From Macrostomum lignano (taxonomy: Eukaryota): a stretch of DNA of 64,000 nucleotides. Positions 26,983-39,904 of this stretch are shown in pieces (position 1 is the stretch's first letter; every line of letters starts with the position of its first letter). The position numbers and the translations under genes were made by a program. Location of the stretch: NCBI GenBank assembly GCA_002269645.1, contig NIVC01001029.1, positions 85,847 through 149,846 of the forward strand, given 5' to 3'. A model generated the notes under the pieces. That model was not told the DNA's origin. It did no database searches and saw only the letters and a program-made list of their open reading frames with translations.

Positions 26983-28449
26983 GGCAGCGGGCTGCAATTC
27001 ATTGATTAACAAATATGCTTAACAATATTCCAATCTATCTTAATACTAAAACTGGTGCGTTGTTTGTCTGTGTGTGTGTGTGTTTGTTGGATATCTCCTC
27101 CTAGAATACTTGCAAGTCAGCGTTGAAACTTATGTGGGAAAACTGCAAATTTTCCGAGGATGGCTTTAGGCTATTTTAATCTTTTATTTTTACATTTTAA
27201 GATCCCTAAAAAAGCAGAAAACGGCAATTCTGACCTTTGATAATCTTAATTGTCCTCTCTTTCCGCTCGGAGCTGAAAATTTGCATGAATTTTGAGTGAT
27301 TACGCAACAACTTTTTCCTATCTCGCAGTGTATTTTCTCTCCAGTGGGGGGATGGGGGCGTTCTCAGTGGCGGCGTGTGTACACTTGGACCCTGGCTCAC
27401 TGGCTGACTGTATAGATAATTGCGCAATGATTTGGCTACTGATAAGTTTTCTTGCCTCTCAATGGGCAGCCCTGTGTATTTGTTGGACATTGAAATTCAA
27501 TGCATCAGCTAGCAAGCAGGTAGTTAACGTACACTCGATACTTCAATGCTATAAATCAGACAGTTTCAAACGCTAACTGCTCTTCGAGTTCTAAATGTTA
27601 AGAGAAGAGACTTATACTGCTGAATAGATCTTGCAACACTGAGTTCGAGGATATAAATTGTTTGCTTTAAATAGAAAAACTAAAAGCACAGCATCAAAAA
27701 ACTATTTCCAGACTTTTAGCTTTCTGCAAAGATTGTACTCATTTTGGGGTTCAATGGGCGTTCGACCGACCCCCAACAGTTGGGGGTTCAATTTCTAACT
27801 GCCACTGCGTAGTGGAAGGGGGTCGGGCGCTGTGTACTGGAGGGTTGATTTAGATTGCGCAAACTTTTTGTTAACTTGAACTGAGACTGATACTGACTGA
27901 CTGTGAAATCGGTTGCGCCATCAATTTGTTTTATTATCTGTGCCTTTCAATAGGCTGCCCTGTGAAGTTTTGGACATTGAAATTCAATGCATAAACTTGC
28001 GAGCCTCTTTAGCAGGCAGTGAACGTACACTCGATATTTCAATGCTTTAAATCAGAAAGTTTCAAACGCAAACTGTTGCTCGAGTTTCTAACTTTGATAG
28101 GAGAAACTTATATTGCTGGAAAGATCTTGCAACGCTGAGTTCGGGGATATAATTTGTTATCTTTAAATATGAAAAGAAAAAGCACAGCATTTAAAAAAAC
28201 TATTTCCATGCTTTTAATTTTCTGCAAAAATTGTTCTCAGTTTTGCGAGACGTAATAGATAAAGTTGGGGGGGGAGGGTTCAACTTCTCACTACAGCTGT
28301 GGATTGGAGGGTTGATTTAGATTGCGCAATCTTTTGTTAACTTTACCTGAGGCTGATACTGACTGACTGTGAAATCGGTTGCGCAATGAATTGATTCAAT
28401 TAGTTCAATATTTTTATCTGTGCCTTTTAACACGAAGCTGTGCGTAGTT

Positions 28450-28477
28450 CTAACCCTAACCCTAACCCTAACCCTAA
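28450..28477. repeat. (TAACCC)4 telomere-type repeat inside array unit 1 (also 31164-31192, 32925-32951, 35634-35662, 36878-36904, 38844-38877)
   Basis: Direct reading; reverse complement of TTAGGG. Confidence 0.95.
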
Positions 28478-28865
28478 TGAATCTGGCGAGTTGAGTTGTT
28501 TGACGGAAAAAATTCGATTAAGTCAAGTTTAGCGGAGACGATTTCAATGTTTAAATTCTGACGGAGAAGATTTCTGTTTCGTGGAGAGGATTTCGATGAT
28601 GTTCAGTTTCACGAAAGGATTTCCATGGTGTTCAGTTTCACGGAGAGGATTTCGATCATGTTCAGCTTCACGGAGAGGCTTTCTGTTTCGCGGAGATAAT
28701 TTATGATTGATTTCTGTTTTATGGAAACAATTTTGATGGATTTAAGTTTCAAGGAGAGGATTTCGAAGGAGTCCAGTTTCACTGAGAGGATTTCGATGGT
28801 TTTTAGTTGCACAGACAGGATTTTTGCTTCGCGGAGAGGATCTTGATGGATTTGGCATCTTCAAT

Positions 28866-29578
28866 CAGTCAGAGAAGAGAGTAAAGAGAAGACTGAAAAG
28901 AGAAGAGAGAAGAGATGATAGAAAACAGAGTATAATTGAGTGGAGAGATTAGACATGACAGATTGGAGATGATAGGAGAGAGAATAGATGAGGGATAAGA
29001 GCGTACAGAGGCAATAGAAGAGAGGGGAGAGTAGAGGAGAAAGAAAGAGTGAGATGAGGAGATGAGGGATGAGAGAGCAGGGGAGAGAGGAGACAGGAGA
29101 GAGTACAGACGAAAGACTAGGGAGAAGATATAAATAAGGTAGTAAAGATGAGAGGAGAGAGAGGAGAGAGAAGCGAAAGGAGAAGAGAGTGAGGAGAGAG
29201 GAGAGAGATGAAAGGAGCAAGGAAAGGAGAAAAGAGAGAATGGAGAGAATAGAAAAGAGAGAAGAGAAGAGACAGGGGATAGTGAAAAGGAGGAAGAAAG
29301 ATGGGAGACAAGAAAGTAGTGTCAGAGCGTATATGAAATATGAGAAATGAGAGCAGAGAGAAGAGAAAAGAGAAGAGAGAGAGAGGGTTAAGAGAGACGA
29401 TAGATAAGTGAGTAGAGATGACATATGAGAGAGGAGAGAAGAGGGAGAGATAAGAGTGAAGAGAGGAGACAGAAGACAGGAGAAGGTACAGACGAAAGAC
29501 GAGGGAGAAGAGATAAATAAGGGAGCAGGGGTAGAGATGAGATGAGAGAGAGGAGAGAGGAGATATGAGAGACTTGAG
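28866..29578. repeat. ~0.7-kb polypurine (GA-rich) tract of long units (also 33343-34055, 37296-37996)
   Basis: Almost entirely G/A on the + strand; absent from short units; source of the Leu/Ser-rich minus-strand ORFs. Confidence 0.93.
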
Positions 29579-32500
29579 AGTCTTTGAGCTATGGTCTTTG
29601 AAAGATTTTGTAAAGAATTTGGAGACGATTTGGAAGATAGGGTTAAAGACATGGAATTTCAGTTGATGGATATTTCAGGGAATAGAATTCCGGTGATGGG
29701 AGTTCTTCCCCTTTCTCCTCCGAAGGAGGAGTTCCACTCGTCTCTCTTCTCTCTTAATACTAAAACTGGTGCGTTGTTTGTCTGTGTGTGTGTGTGTTTG
29801 TTGGATATCTCCTCCTAGAATACTTGCAAGTCAGCGTTGAAACTTATGTGGGAAAACTGCAAATTTTCCGAGGATGGCTTTAGGCTATTTTAATCTTTTA
29901 TTTTTACATTTTAAGATCCCTAAAAAAGCAGAAAACGGCAATTCTGACCTTTGATAATCTTAATTGTCCTCTCTTTCCGCTCGGAGCTGAAAATTTGCAT
30001 GAATTTTGAGTGATTACGCAACAACTTTTTCCTATCTCGGCAGTGTATTTTCTCTCCAGTGGGGGGATGGGGCGTTCTCAGTGGCGGCGTGTGTACACTT
30101 GGACCCTGGCTCACTGGCTGACTGTATAGATAATTGCGCAATGATTTGGCTACTGATAAGTTTTCTTGCCTCTCAATGGGCAGCCCTGTGTATTTGTTGG
30201 ACATTGAAATTCAATGCATCAGCTAGCAAGCAGGTAGTTAACGTACACTCGATACTTCAATGCTATAAATCAGACAGTTTCAAACGCTAACTGCTCTTCG
30301 AGTTCTAAATGTTAAGAGAAGAGACTTATACTGCTGAATAGATCTTGCAACACTGAGTTCGAGGATATAAATTGTTTGCTTTAAATAGAAAAACTAAAAG
30401 CACAGCATCAAAAAAACTATTTCCAGACTTTTAGCTTTCTGCAAAGATTGTACTCATTTTGGGGTTCAATGGGCGTTCGACCGACCCCCCAACAGTTGGG
30501 GGTTCAATTTCTAACTGCCACTGCGTAGTGGAAGGGGTCGGCGCTGTGTACTGGAGGGTTGATTTAGATTGCGCAAACTTTTTGTTAACTTGAACTGAGA
30601 CTGATACTGACTGACTGTGAAATCGGTTGCGCCATCAATTTGTTTTATTATCTGTGCCTTTCAATAGGCTGCCCTGTGAAGTTTTGGACATTGAAATTCA
30701 ATGCATAAACTTGCGAGCCTCTTTAGCAGGCAGTGAACGTACACTCGATATTTCAATGCTTTAAATCAGAAAGTTTCAAACGCAAACTGTTGCTCGAGTT
30801 TCTAACTTTGATAGGAGAAACTTATATTGCTGGAAAGATCTTGCAACGCTGAGTTCGGGGATATAATTTGTTATCTTTAAATATGAAAAGAAAAAGCACA
30901 GCATTTAAAAAAACTATTTCCATGCTTTTAATTTTCTGCAAAAATTGTTCTCAGTTTTGCGAGACGTAATAGATAAAGTTGGGGGGAGGGTTCAACTTCT
31001 CACTGCTGCTGTGTATTGGAGGGTTGATTTAGATTGCGCAATGTTTTTGTTAACTTTAACTGAGACTGATACTGACTGACTGAGAAATCGGTTGCGCAAT
31101 GAATTGATTCAATTAGTTCAATATTTTTATCAGTGCCTTTTAACACGAAGCTGTGCGTAGTTCTAACCCTAACCCTAACCCTAACCCTAACCAATGAATC
31201 TGGAGAGTTGAGTTGTTTGACGGAAAAAATCGATTGAGTCCAGTTTAGCGGAGACGATTTCAATGTTTTAATTTTGACGGAGAGGATTTCTGTTTGGTGG
31301 AGAGGATTTCTATTTCTCGGAGGGGATTTTGATGAATGTCAGTTTCACGGAGAGGTGTTTGATGGAGTTCTCTTTTACGGAGAAGATTTCGATGATGTTC
31401 AGTTTCGCGGAGAGGAGTTGGATGATGGGATTCAGGGAATGGCATTTCAGGGAATGGAGTACCGGTGATGGGAATTCTTCCCCTTTCTCCTCCAGAGGAG
31501 GAGTTGGCCTCGTTAATACTAAAACTGGTGCGTTGTTTGTCTGTGTGTGTGTGTGTTTGTTGGATATCTCCTCCTAGAATACTTGCAAGTCAGCGTTGAA
31601 ACTTATGTGGGAAAACTGCAAATTTTCCGAGGATGGCTTTAGGCTATTTTAATCTTTTATTTTTACATTTTAAGATCCCTAAAAAAGCAGAAAACGGCAA
31701 TTCTGACCTTTGATAATCTTAATTGTCCTCTCTTTCCGCTCGGAGCTGAAAATTTGCATGAATTTTGAGTGATTACGCAACAACTTTTTCCTATCTCGGC
31801 AGTGTATTTTCTCTCCAGTGGGGGGATGGGGGCGTTCTCAGTGGCGGCGTGTGTACACTTGGACCCTGGCTCACTGGCTGACTGTATAGATAATTGCGCA
31901 ATGATTTGGCTACTGATAAGTTTTCTTGCCTCTCAATGGGCAGCCCTGTGTATTTGTTGGACATTGAAATTCAATGCATCAGCTAGCAAGCAGGTAGTTA
32001 ACGTACACTCGATACTTCAATGCTATAAATCAGACAGTTTCAAACGCTAACTGCTCTTCGAGTTCTAAATGTTAAGAGAAGAGACTTATACTGCTGAATA
32101 GATCTTGCAACACTGAGTTCGAGGATATAAATTGTTTGCTTTAAATAGAAAAACTAAAAGCACAGCATCAAAAAAACTATTTCCAGACTTTTAGCTTTCT
32201 GCAAAGATTGTACTCATTTTGGGGTTCAATGGGCGTTCGACCGACCCCCAACAGTTGGGGGTTCAATTTCTAACTGCCACTGCGTAGTGGAAGGGGTCGG
32301 GCGCTGTGTACTGGAGGGTTGATTTAGATTGCGCAAACTTTTTGTTAACTTGAACTGAGACTGATACTGACTGACTGTGAAATCGGTTGCGCCATCAATT
32401 TGTTTTATTATCTGTGCCTTTCAATAGGCTGCCCTGTGAAGTTTGGACATTGAAATTCAATGCATAAACTTGCGAGCCTCTTTAGCAGGCAGTGAACGTA

Positions 32501-35500
32501 CACTCGATATTTCAATGCTTTAAATCAGAAAGTTTCAAACGCAAACTGTTGCTCGAGTTTCTAACTTTGATAGGAGAAACTTATATTGCTGGAAAGATCT
32601 TGCAACGCTGAGTTCGGGGATATAATTTGTTATTCTTTAAATATGAAAAGAAAAAGCACAGCATTTAAAAAAACTATTTCCATGCTTTTAATTTTCTGCA
32701 AAAATTGTTCTCAGTTTTGCGAGACGTAATAGATAAAGTTGGGGGGGGAGGGTTCAACTTCTCACTACAGCTGTGGATTGGAGGGTTGATTTAGATTGCG
32801 CAATCTTTTGTTAACTTTACCTGAGGCTGATACTGACTGACTGTGAAATCGGTTGCGCAATGAATTGATTCAATTAGTTCAATATTTTTATCTGTGCCTT
32901 TTAACACGAAGCTGTGCGTAGTTCTAACCCTAACCCTAACCCTAACCCTAATGAATCTGGCGAGTTGAGTTGTTTGACGGAAAAAAATTCGATTAAGTCA
33001 AGTTTAGCGGAGACGATTTCAATGTTTAAATTCTGACGGAGAAGATTTCTGTTTCGTGGAGAGGATTTCGATGTGTTCAGTTTCACGAAAGGATTTCCAT
33101 AGTGTTCAGTTTCACGGAGAGGATTTCGATCATGTTCAGCTTCACGGAGAGGCTTTCTGTTTCGCGGAGATAATTTATGATTGATTTCTGTTTTATGGAA
33201 ACAATTTTGATGGATTTAAGTTTCAAGGAGAGGATTTCGAAGGAGTCCAGTTTCACTGAGAGGATTTCGATGGTTTTTAGTTGCACAGACAGGATTTTTG
33301 CTTCGCGGAGAGGATCTTGATGGATTTGGCATCTTCAATCAGTCAGAGAAGAGAGTGTAAAGAGAAGCCTGAAAAGAGAAGAGAGAAGAGATGATAGAAA
33401 ACAGAGTATAATTGAGTGGAGAGATTAGACATGACAGATTGGAGATGATAGGAGAGAGAATAGATGAGGGATAAGAGCGTACAGAGGCAATAGAAGAGAG
33501 GGGAGAGTAGAGGAGAAAGAAAGAGTGAGATGAGGAGATGAGGGATGAGAGAGCAGGGAGAGAGGAGACAGGAGAGAGTACAGACGAAAGACTAGGGAGA
33601 AGATATAAATAAGGTAGTAAAGATGAGAGGAGAGAGAGGAGAGAGAAGCGAAAGGAGAAGAGAGTGAGGAGAGAGGAGAGAGATGAAAGGAGCAAGGAAA
33701 GGAGAAAAGAGAGAATGGAGAGAATAGAAAAGAGAGAAGAGAAGAGACAGGGGATAGTGAAAAGGAGGAAGAAAGATGGGAGACAAGAAAGTAGTGTCAG
33801 AGCGTATATGAAATATGAGAAATGAGAGCAGAGAGAAGAGAAAAGAGAAGAGAGAGAGAGAGGGTTAAGAGAGACGATAGATAAGTGAGTAGAGATGACA
33901 TATGAGAGAGGAGAGAAGAGGGAGAGATAAGAGTGAAGAGAGGAGACAGAAGACAGGAGAAGGTACAGACGAAAGACGAGGGAGAAGAGATAAATAAGGG
34001 AGCAGGGGTAGAGATGAGATGAGAGAGAGGAGAGAGGAGATATGAGAGACTTGAGAGTCTTTGAGCTATGGTCTTTGAAAGATTTTGTAAAGAATTTGGA
34101 GACGATTTGGAAGATAGGGTTAAAGACATGGAATTTCAGTTGATGGATATTTCAGGGAATAGAATTCCGGTGATGGGAGTTCTTCCCCTTTCTCCTCCGA
34201 AGGAGGAGTTCCACTCGTCTCTCTTAATACTAAAACTGGTGCGTTGTTTGTCTGTGTGTGTGTGTGTTTGTTGGATATCTCCTCCTAGAATACTTGCAAG
34301 TCAGCGTTGAAACTTATGTGGGAAAACTGCAAATTTTCCGAGGATGGCTTTAGGCTATTTTAATCTTTTATTTTTACATTTTAAGATCCCTAAAAAAGCA
34401 GAAAACGGCAATTCTGACCTTTGATAATCTTAATTGTCCTCTCTTTCCGCTCGGAGCTGAAAATTTGCATGAATTTTGAGTGATTACGCAACAACTTTTT
34501 CCTATCTCGGCAGTGTATTTTCTCTCCAGTGGGGGATGGGGCGTTCTCAGTGGCGGCGTGTGTACACTTGGACCCTGGCTCACTGGCTGACTGTATAGAT
34601 AATTGCGCAATGATTTGGCTACTGATAAGTTTTCTTGCCTCTCAATGGGCAGCCCTGTGTATTTGTTGGACATTGAAATTCAATGCATCAGCTAGCAAGC
34701 AGGTAGTTAACGTACACTCGATACTTCAATGCTATAAATCAGACAGTTTCAAACGCTAACTGCTCTTCGAGTTCTAAATGTTAAGAGAAGAGACTTATAC
34801 TGCTGAATAGATCTTGCAACACTGAGTTCGAGGATATAAATTGTTTGCTTTAAATAGAAAAACTAAAAGCACAGCATCAAAAAAACTATTTCCAGACTTT
34901 TAGCTTTCTGCAAAGATTGTACTCATTTTGGGGTTCAATGGGCGTTCGACCGACCCCCCAACAGTTGGGGGTTCAATTTCTAACTGCCACTGCGTAGTGG
35001 AAGGGGTCGGGCGCTGTGTACTGGAGGGTTGATTTAGATTGCGCAAACTTTTTGTTAACTTGAACTGAGACTGATACTGACTGACTGTGAAATCGGTTGC
35101 GCCATCAATTTGTTTTATTATCTGTGCCTTTCAATAGGCTGCCCTGTGAAGTTTTGGACATTGAAATTCAATGCATAAACTTGCGAGCCTCTTTAGCAGG
35201 CAGTGAACGTACACTCGATATTTCAATGCTTTAAATCAGAAAGTTTCAAACGCAAACTGTTGCTCGAGTTTCTAACTTTGATAGGAGAAACTTATATTGC
35301 TGGAAAGATCTTGCAACGCTGAGTTCGGGGATATAATTTGTTATCTTTAAATATGAAAAGAAAAAGCACAGCATTTAAAAAAACTATTTCCATGCTTTTA
35401 ATTTTCTGCAAAAATTGTTCTCAGTTTTGCGAGACGTAATAGATAAAGTTGGGGGGAGGGTTCAACTTCTCACTGCTGCTGTGTATTGGAGGGTTGATTT

Positions 35501-38178
35501 AGATTGCGCAATGTTTTTGTTAACTTTAACTGAGACTGATACTGACTGACTGAGAAATCGGTTGCGCAATGAATTGATTCAATTAGTTCAATATTTTTAT
35601 CAGTGCCTTTTAACACGAAGCTGTGCGTAGTTCTAACCCTAACCCTAACCCTAACCCTAACCAATGAATCTGGAGAGTTGAGTTGTTTGACGGAAAAAAT
35701 CGATTGAGTCCAGTTTAGCGGAGACGATTTCAATGTTTTAATTTTGACGGAGAGGATTTCTGTTTGGTGGAGAGGATTTCTATTTCTCGGAGGATTTGAT
35801 GAATGTCAGTTTCACGGAGAGTTTGATGAGTTCTCTTTACGGAGAAGATTCGATGATGTTCAGTTTCGCGGAGAGGATTGGATGATGGGATTCAGGGAAT
35901 GGCATTTCAGGGAATGGTATTGTGATTGGAGTTCTTCCCCTTTCTTCCTCCGAAGGAGGAGTTGGCCTCGTATATACTAAAGTTGACGCGTTGTTTGTCT
36001 GTCTGTATGTCAGTTCGATAACTCCTCCTAGAATACTTGCAACTCAGCGTTGAAACTTATATGGGAAAACTGCAAATTTTCCGAGGATGGCTTTAGGCTA
36101 TTTTAATCTTTCATTTTCAATTTTTAAGATCCCTAAAAAAGCAGAAAACGGCGGTCTTGACCTTTGATAATCTTAATTGTCCCCTCTTTCTGCTCGGAGC
36201 TGAAAATTGGCATAAATTTTGAGTGATTACGCCACAACTTTTTCCTATGTCGCCAGTGCATTTTCTCTCCTGTGGGGGAATGGGCGCGTTCTCATTGGCG
36301 GCGTGTGTACAATTGGACCCTGGCTCACTGGCTGACTTTATAGATAATTGCGCAATGATATGGCTACTGATAAGTTTTCCTGCCTATCAATGGGCAGTCC
36401 TGTGTATTTGTTGGACATTGAAATTCAATGCATCAACTTGCAAGCAGGCAGTGAACGTACACTCGATACTTCAATGCTATAAATCAGACAGTTTCAAACG
36501 CTAACTGTTCCTCGAGTTTTAAACTTTGAGAGGAGAAACTTATATTGCTGGCAAGATCTTGCAACGCTGAGTTCGGGGATATAAGTTGTTTGCTTTAAAC
36601 TATGAAAAGAAAAAGCACAGCATTTGAAAACTATTTCCATACTTTTAACTTTTTGCAAATATTGTACTCAGTTTTGCAAGACGTAATAGATAAAGTTGGG
36701 GGAGGGTTCAACTTCTCACTGCTGCTGTGGATTGGAGGGTTGATTTAGATTGCGCAATTTTTGTTAACTTTACCTGAGGCTGATACTGACTGACTGTGAA
36801 ATCGGTTGCGCAATGAATTGATTCAATTAGTTCAATATTTTTATCTGTGCCTTTTAACACGAAGCTGTGCGTAGTTCTAACCCTAACCCTAACCCTAACC
36901 CTAATGAATCTGGCGAGTTGAGTTGTTTGACGGAAAAAATTCGATTAAGTCAAGTTTAGCGGAGACGATTTCAATGTTTAAATTCTGACGGAGAAGATTT
37001 CTGTTTCGTGGAGAGGATTTCGATGATGTTCAGTTTCACGAAAGGATTTCCATGGTGTTCAGTTTCACGGAGAGGATTTCGATCATGTTCAGCTTCACGG
37101 AGAGGCTTTCTGTTTCGCGGAGATAATTTATGATTGATTTCTGTTTTATGGAAACAATTTTGATGGATTCAGGTTTCAAGGAGAGGATTTCGAAGGAGTC
37201 CAGTTTCACTGAGAGGATTTCGATGGTTTTTAGTTGCACAGACAGGATTTTTGCTTCGCGGAGAGGATCTTGATGGATTTGGCATCTTCAATCAGTCAGA
37301 GAAGAGAGTAAAGAGAAGACTGAAAAGAGAAGAGAGAAGAGATGATAGAAAACAGAGTATAATTGAGTGGAGAGATTAGACATGACAGATTGGAGATGAT
37401 AGGAGAGAGAATAGATGAGGGATAAGAGCGTACAGAGGCAATAGAAGAGAGGGGAGAGTAGAGGAGAAAGAAAGAGTGAGATGAGGAGATGAGGGATGAG
37501 AGAGAGGGGGGAGAGAGGAGACAGGAGAGAGTACAGACGAAAGACTAGGGAGAAGATATAAATAAGGTAGTAAAGATGAGAGGAGAGAGAGGAGAGAGAA
37601 GCGAAAGGAGAAGAGAGTGAGGAGAGAGGAGAGAGATGAAAGGAGCAAGGAAAGGAGAAAAGAGAGAATGGAGAGAATAGAAAAGAGAGAAGAGAAGAGA
37701 CAGGGGATAGTGAAAAGGAGGAAGAAAGATGGGAGACAAGAAAGTAGTGTCAGAGCGTATATGAAATATGAGAAATGAGAGCAGAGAGAAGAGAAAAGAG
37801 AGAGAGAGAGAGGGTTAAGAGAGACGATAGATAAGTGAGTAGAGATGACATATGAGAGAGGAGAGAAGAGGGAGAGATAAGAGTGAAGAGAGGAGACAGA
37901 AGACAGGAGAAGGTACAGACGAAAGACGAGGGAGAAGAGATAAATAAGGGAGCAGGGGTAGAGATGAGATGAGAGAGAGGGAGAGGAGATATGAGAGACT
38001 TGAGAGTCTTGAGCTATGGTCTTTGAAAGATTTTGTAAAGAATTTGGAGACGATTTGGAAGATAGGGTTAAAGACAGAATTTCAGAATTTGATGGATATT
38101 TCAGGGAATAGAATTCCGGTGATGGGAGTTCTTCCCCTTTCTCCTCCGAAGGAGGAGTTCCACTCGTATATACTAAAG

Positions 38179-38715
38179 NNNNNNNNNNNNNNNNNNNNNN
38201 NNNNNNNNNNNNNNNNNNNNNNNNNNNNNNNNNNNNNNNNNNNNNNNNNNNNNNNNNNNNNNNNNNNNNNNNNNNNNNNNNNNNNNNNNNNNNNNNNNNN
38301 NNNNNNNNNNNNNNNNNNNNNNNNNNNNNNNNNNNNNNNNNNNNNNNNNNNNNNNNNNNNNNNNNNNNNNNNNNNNNNNNNNNNNNNNNNNNNNNNNNNN
38401 NNNNNNNNNNNNNNNNNNNNNNNNNNNNNNNNNNNNNNNNNNNNNNNNNNNNNNNNNNNNNNNNNNNNNNNNNNNNNNNNNNNNNNNNNNNNNNNNNNNN
38501 NNNNNNNNNNNNNNNNNNNNNNNNNNNNNNNNNNNNNNNNNNNNNNNNNNNNNNNNNNNNNNNNNNNNNNNNNNNNNNNNNNNNNNNNNNNNNNNNNNNN
38601 NNNNNNNNNNNNNNNNNNNNNNNNNNNNNNNNNNNNNNNNNNNNNNNNNNNNNNNNNNNNNNNNNNNNNNNNNNNNNNNNNNNNNNNNNNNNNNNNNNNN
38701 NNNNNNNNNNNNNNN
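38179..38715. other. Assembly gap (537 N) inside the Helitron-like array
   Basis: Run of N; array sequence is present on both sides. Confidence 1.
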
Positions 38716-39260
38716 AGATTGCGCAATATTTTTGTTAACTTTAAACTGAGACTGATACTGACTGACTGAGAAATCGGTCTTGCGCAATCAATTGATTCAA
38801 TTGCTTCACAATTTTTTATTGAACACGCAGCTGTGTTTAGGTCTAACCCTACCCTAACCCTAACCCTAACCCTAACCACTGAATCCTGAGAGTTGATTCT
38901 TTTTGACGGAGAAAATTTCGATTGAGTCCAGTTTTATAGAGAGAATTTCTGTTTCGCGGAGACGATTTTGATGGATGTCAGTTTCACGCAGAGGATTTCC
39001 ATGGAGTCCAGTTTCACGGAAAGGATTTCTGTTTCGCGGAGAGGATTTCGAAAGGTGTCCAGTTTCACGGAGAAGATTTCTGTTTCGCGGAGAGGATTTC
39101 TGTTTCGCGGAGAGGTGTTTGATCGAGTTCTCTTTTACGGAGAGGATTTCAATTCAGTTTCGCGGAGAGGATGATAGGATTCAGCTGATACATTTCAGGG
39201 AATGGAGTTCCGGTGATGGGAATTCTTTCCCTTTCTCCTCCATCGGAGGAGTTGGCCTCG

Positions 39261-39690
39261 TCCAATATACTAAAAATGAGTTGTCTGTCCATCCATCCAT
39301 CCATCCATTCCAATATACTAAAAATGAGTTGTCTGTGGGTATGCGATAGATTTCAGAAAAAACGGCTCAACCGATTTTCTTCAAACTTGCACCATTCGAT
39401 CAGAAATTTTCCTGGGACGGTACATGCATCTTGGCTAAGAAATTGCTCAATGATAAAGGGATTAAATATTCGAAAAACATGCTTTTTTGCAAAGGTCAAG
39501 CAGCTCTTTCGACCTGGAATGCATTGTAAGAATGCTGGAGAAAAAACTGACTGGCTGAATTCCGATTGTGATAAAGATTGCATCACAACAAGTTGAAAAC
39601 AGTGTCGAAGAAATGCACACACGACTTGATTAAAATTGCGTAACCATATTGCTAACTTAAATTGAGACTGATACTGGCTGACTGAGAAAT
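39261..39690 (+). mobile_element. 5' end of a second, related Helitron-like family abutting the array
   Basis: TCCAATATACTAAAAATGAGTTGTCTGT appears twice around (TCCA)n, then AAACGGCTCAACCGATTTTCTTCAAACTT; the block TGAGACTGATACTGGCTGACTGAGAAAT near 39663 matches the array interior. Confidence 0.5.
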
Positions 39691-39779
39691 TGATTATGTC
39701 ATAACTTTTTACTTCAATTGACTTGCTGTAAGAATTGAGTTATAAGGGCCACAATTCATGTTCTCCAATTGAAAAGAGA

Positions 39780-39840
39780 TAGCCAAGATGCGAACAGACT
39801 GGAATGCTAATGTAGCGACCTGGGTTCGAATCTTAGTAGT
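39780..39840 (+). other. Degenerate tRNA-like/SINE head
   Basis: TAGCCAAGATG (A-box-like) ... GGGTTCGAATC (B box at ~39823). Confidence 0.35.
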
Positions 39841-39904
39841 GCAAAAAGATTTTTTTTTATTAAAACACCTTAAAAACACAACAAAACTGCTAAACATCAA
39901 AGAA

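Larger units (their letters stand above)
27034..39260 (+). mobile_element. Head-to-tail tandem array of non-autonomous Helitron-like units alternating long and short
   Basis: Heads (T(A)ATACTAAA...GCGTTGTTTGTCTGT) at 27041, 29755, 31514, 34225 and ~35972, plus a head start at ~38168 that runs into the gap. Spacings are 2714, 1759, 2711, ~1747 and ~2196 bp. The array starts A|TC at 27033/27034 and each unit ends with a hairpin followed by CTCG|T. No coding capacity. Confidence 0.7.

Noticed and set aside
28861-29652. Leu/Ser-rich membrane-like ORFs (also 33.3-34.1 and 37.4-37.7 kb)
   Set aside because: Antisense translation of the GA tract.
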